Below, piece by piece: positions 63,431 through 64,000 of a stretch of DNA of 64,000 nucleotides. Source of the stretch: Spirochaetia bacterium (GTDB taxonomy: Bacteria; Spirochaetota; Spirochaetia; WTKD01; G963693115); the NCBI GenBank assembly GCA_965226055.1, contig CBDDCA010000005.1, forward strand, positions 608,001-672,000, in the 5' to 3' direction. The notes below the pieces were generated by a model, which saw nothing but the letters and a program-made list of their open reading frames with translations, searched no databases and was not told the DNA's origin. Each line of letters begins with the position of its first letter. Position 1 is the first letter of the stretch. The position numbers and the translations under genes were made by a program.

Positions 63431-64000
63431 TTAGCGGGTAATCATTCCCATAGATTCGGGGATAATCATTGATATCCACGGTATATATACTACCAAGAAT
63501 AAACATATCACCATCGCTATAAAAAATGGAATAAGCATTCGCGATACATGTTCAATTTTAGTATTGGAAATACTACATCCTACAAACAATACGCTTCCGA
63601 CAGGAGGGGTGATGTTTCCTATGCACATGTTAAAGATAAACATTATACCAAAATGTACAGGATGTATACCTAACTGTGTTGCTATGGGTAAAAATATTGG
63701 AGTAAATATCAAAATCGCAGGGGTAATATCCATAAAGGTACCGACAAACAAGAGTATTATACTTATCAAAAATAATAGCACATATTTATTTGATGAAAGA
63801 GAAAGAAGAGAAGAGCTTATCAATTCGGGCATGCTGGTATAACTCATAAGCCATGACATGACTGAAGATGCAGATATTAAAAATAAAATAATGGAGCTTG
63901 TACATGCTGATGTATATACTATTCTAATGAATTTTTTTATGGTCATTGATCTATATATCACAGACAAAAGCAATGAATATACAACGGCTATAGCTGAGCC
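63431..64000 (-). CDS. dctM: TRAP transporter large permease subunit, 3' part; 5' end lies beyond the window
   Basis: GTFMD..PAILIFTPIFLP, GIHPVHFG, IGNITPPVG. The frame stays open to the window edge (GSAIAVVY...). Confidence 0.9.
   Translation of the reverse strand, partial: GSAIAVVYSLLLSVIYRSMTIKKFIRIVYTSACTSSIILFLISASSVMSWLMSYTSMPELISSSLLSLSSNKYVLLFLISIILLFVGTFMDITPAILIFTPIFLPIATQLGIHPVHFGIMFIFNMCIGNITPPVGSVLFVGCSISNTKIEHVSRMLIPFFIAMVICLFLVVYIPWISMIIPESMGMITR

Overview
AT-rich bacterial DNA, most likely from a host-associated spirochaete (inference from spirochaete-style lipoboxes, PPi-dependent Pfk, archaeal/spirochaete-type PyrH and an unlinked 23S). Contents in order: a divergent addBA-like helicase/nuclease pair; six tandem DUF285 (25-aa 'MF..A..FN.DIS.W.V' repeat) lipoprotein genes; a GH3 hexosaminidase plus monosaccharide ABC operon; a lysozyme-like lipoprotein; a solitary 23S rRNA gene; an FGGY kinase; an intact IS30-family element; two giant stalk-and-tip surface lipoproteins (Ig-like+Kelch, Fn3-like+DUF285); a peptide ABC operon; pyrH, adenylate cyclase, TlpA-like protein, pfp, an orphan phosphoglycosyltransferase, lon, VanY-type peptidase, HExxH lipoprotein and serC; a DdeI-like restriction enzyme paired with an amino-methyltransferase; a GH31 glycosidase; and a partial TRAP permease. 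The best candidate for an undescribed system is a two-tier surface-variation locus. The DUF285 genes are mosaics of 13 capped modules with near-identical shared patches, and three paralogous promoters have -35/-10 spacers of 16, 19 and 17 bp set by poly(T) runs. Long homopolymers (G14, T27) also sit upstream of both giant surface-protein genes. All calls are by eye; no database searches were run.
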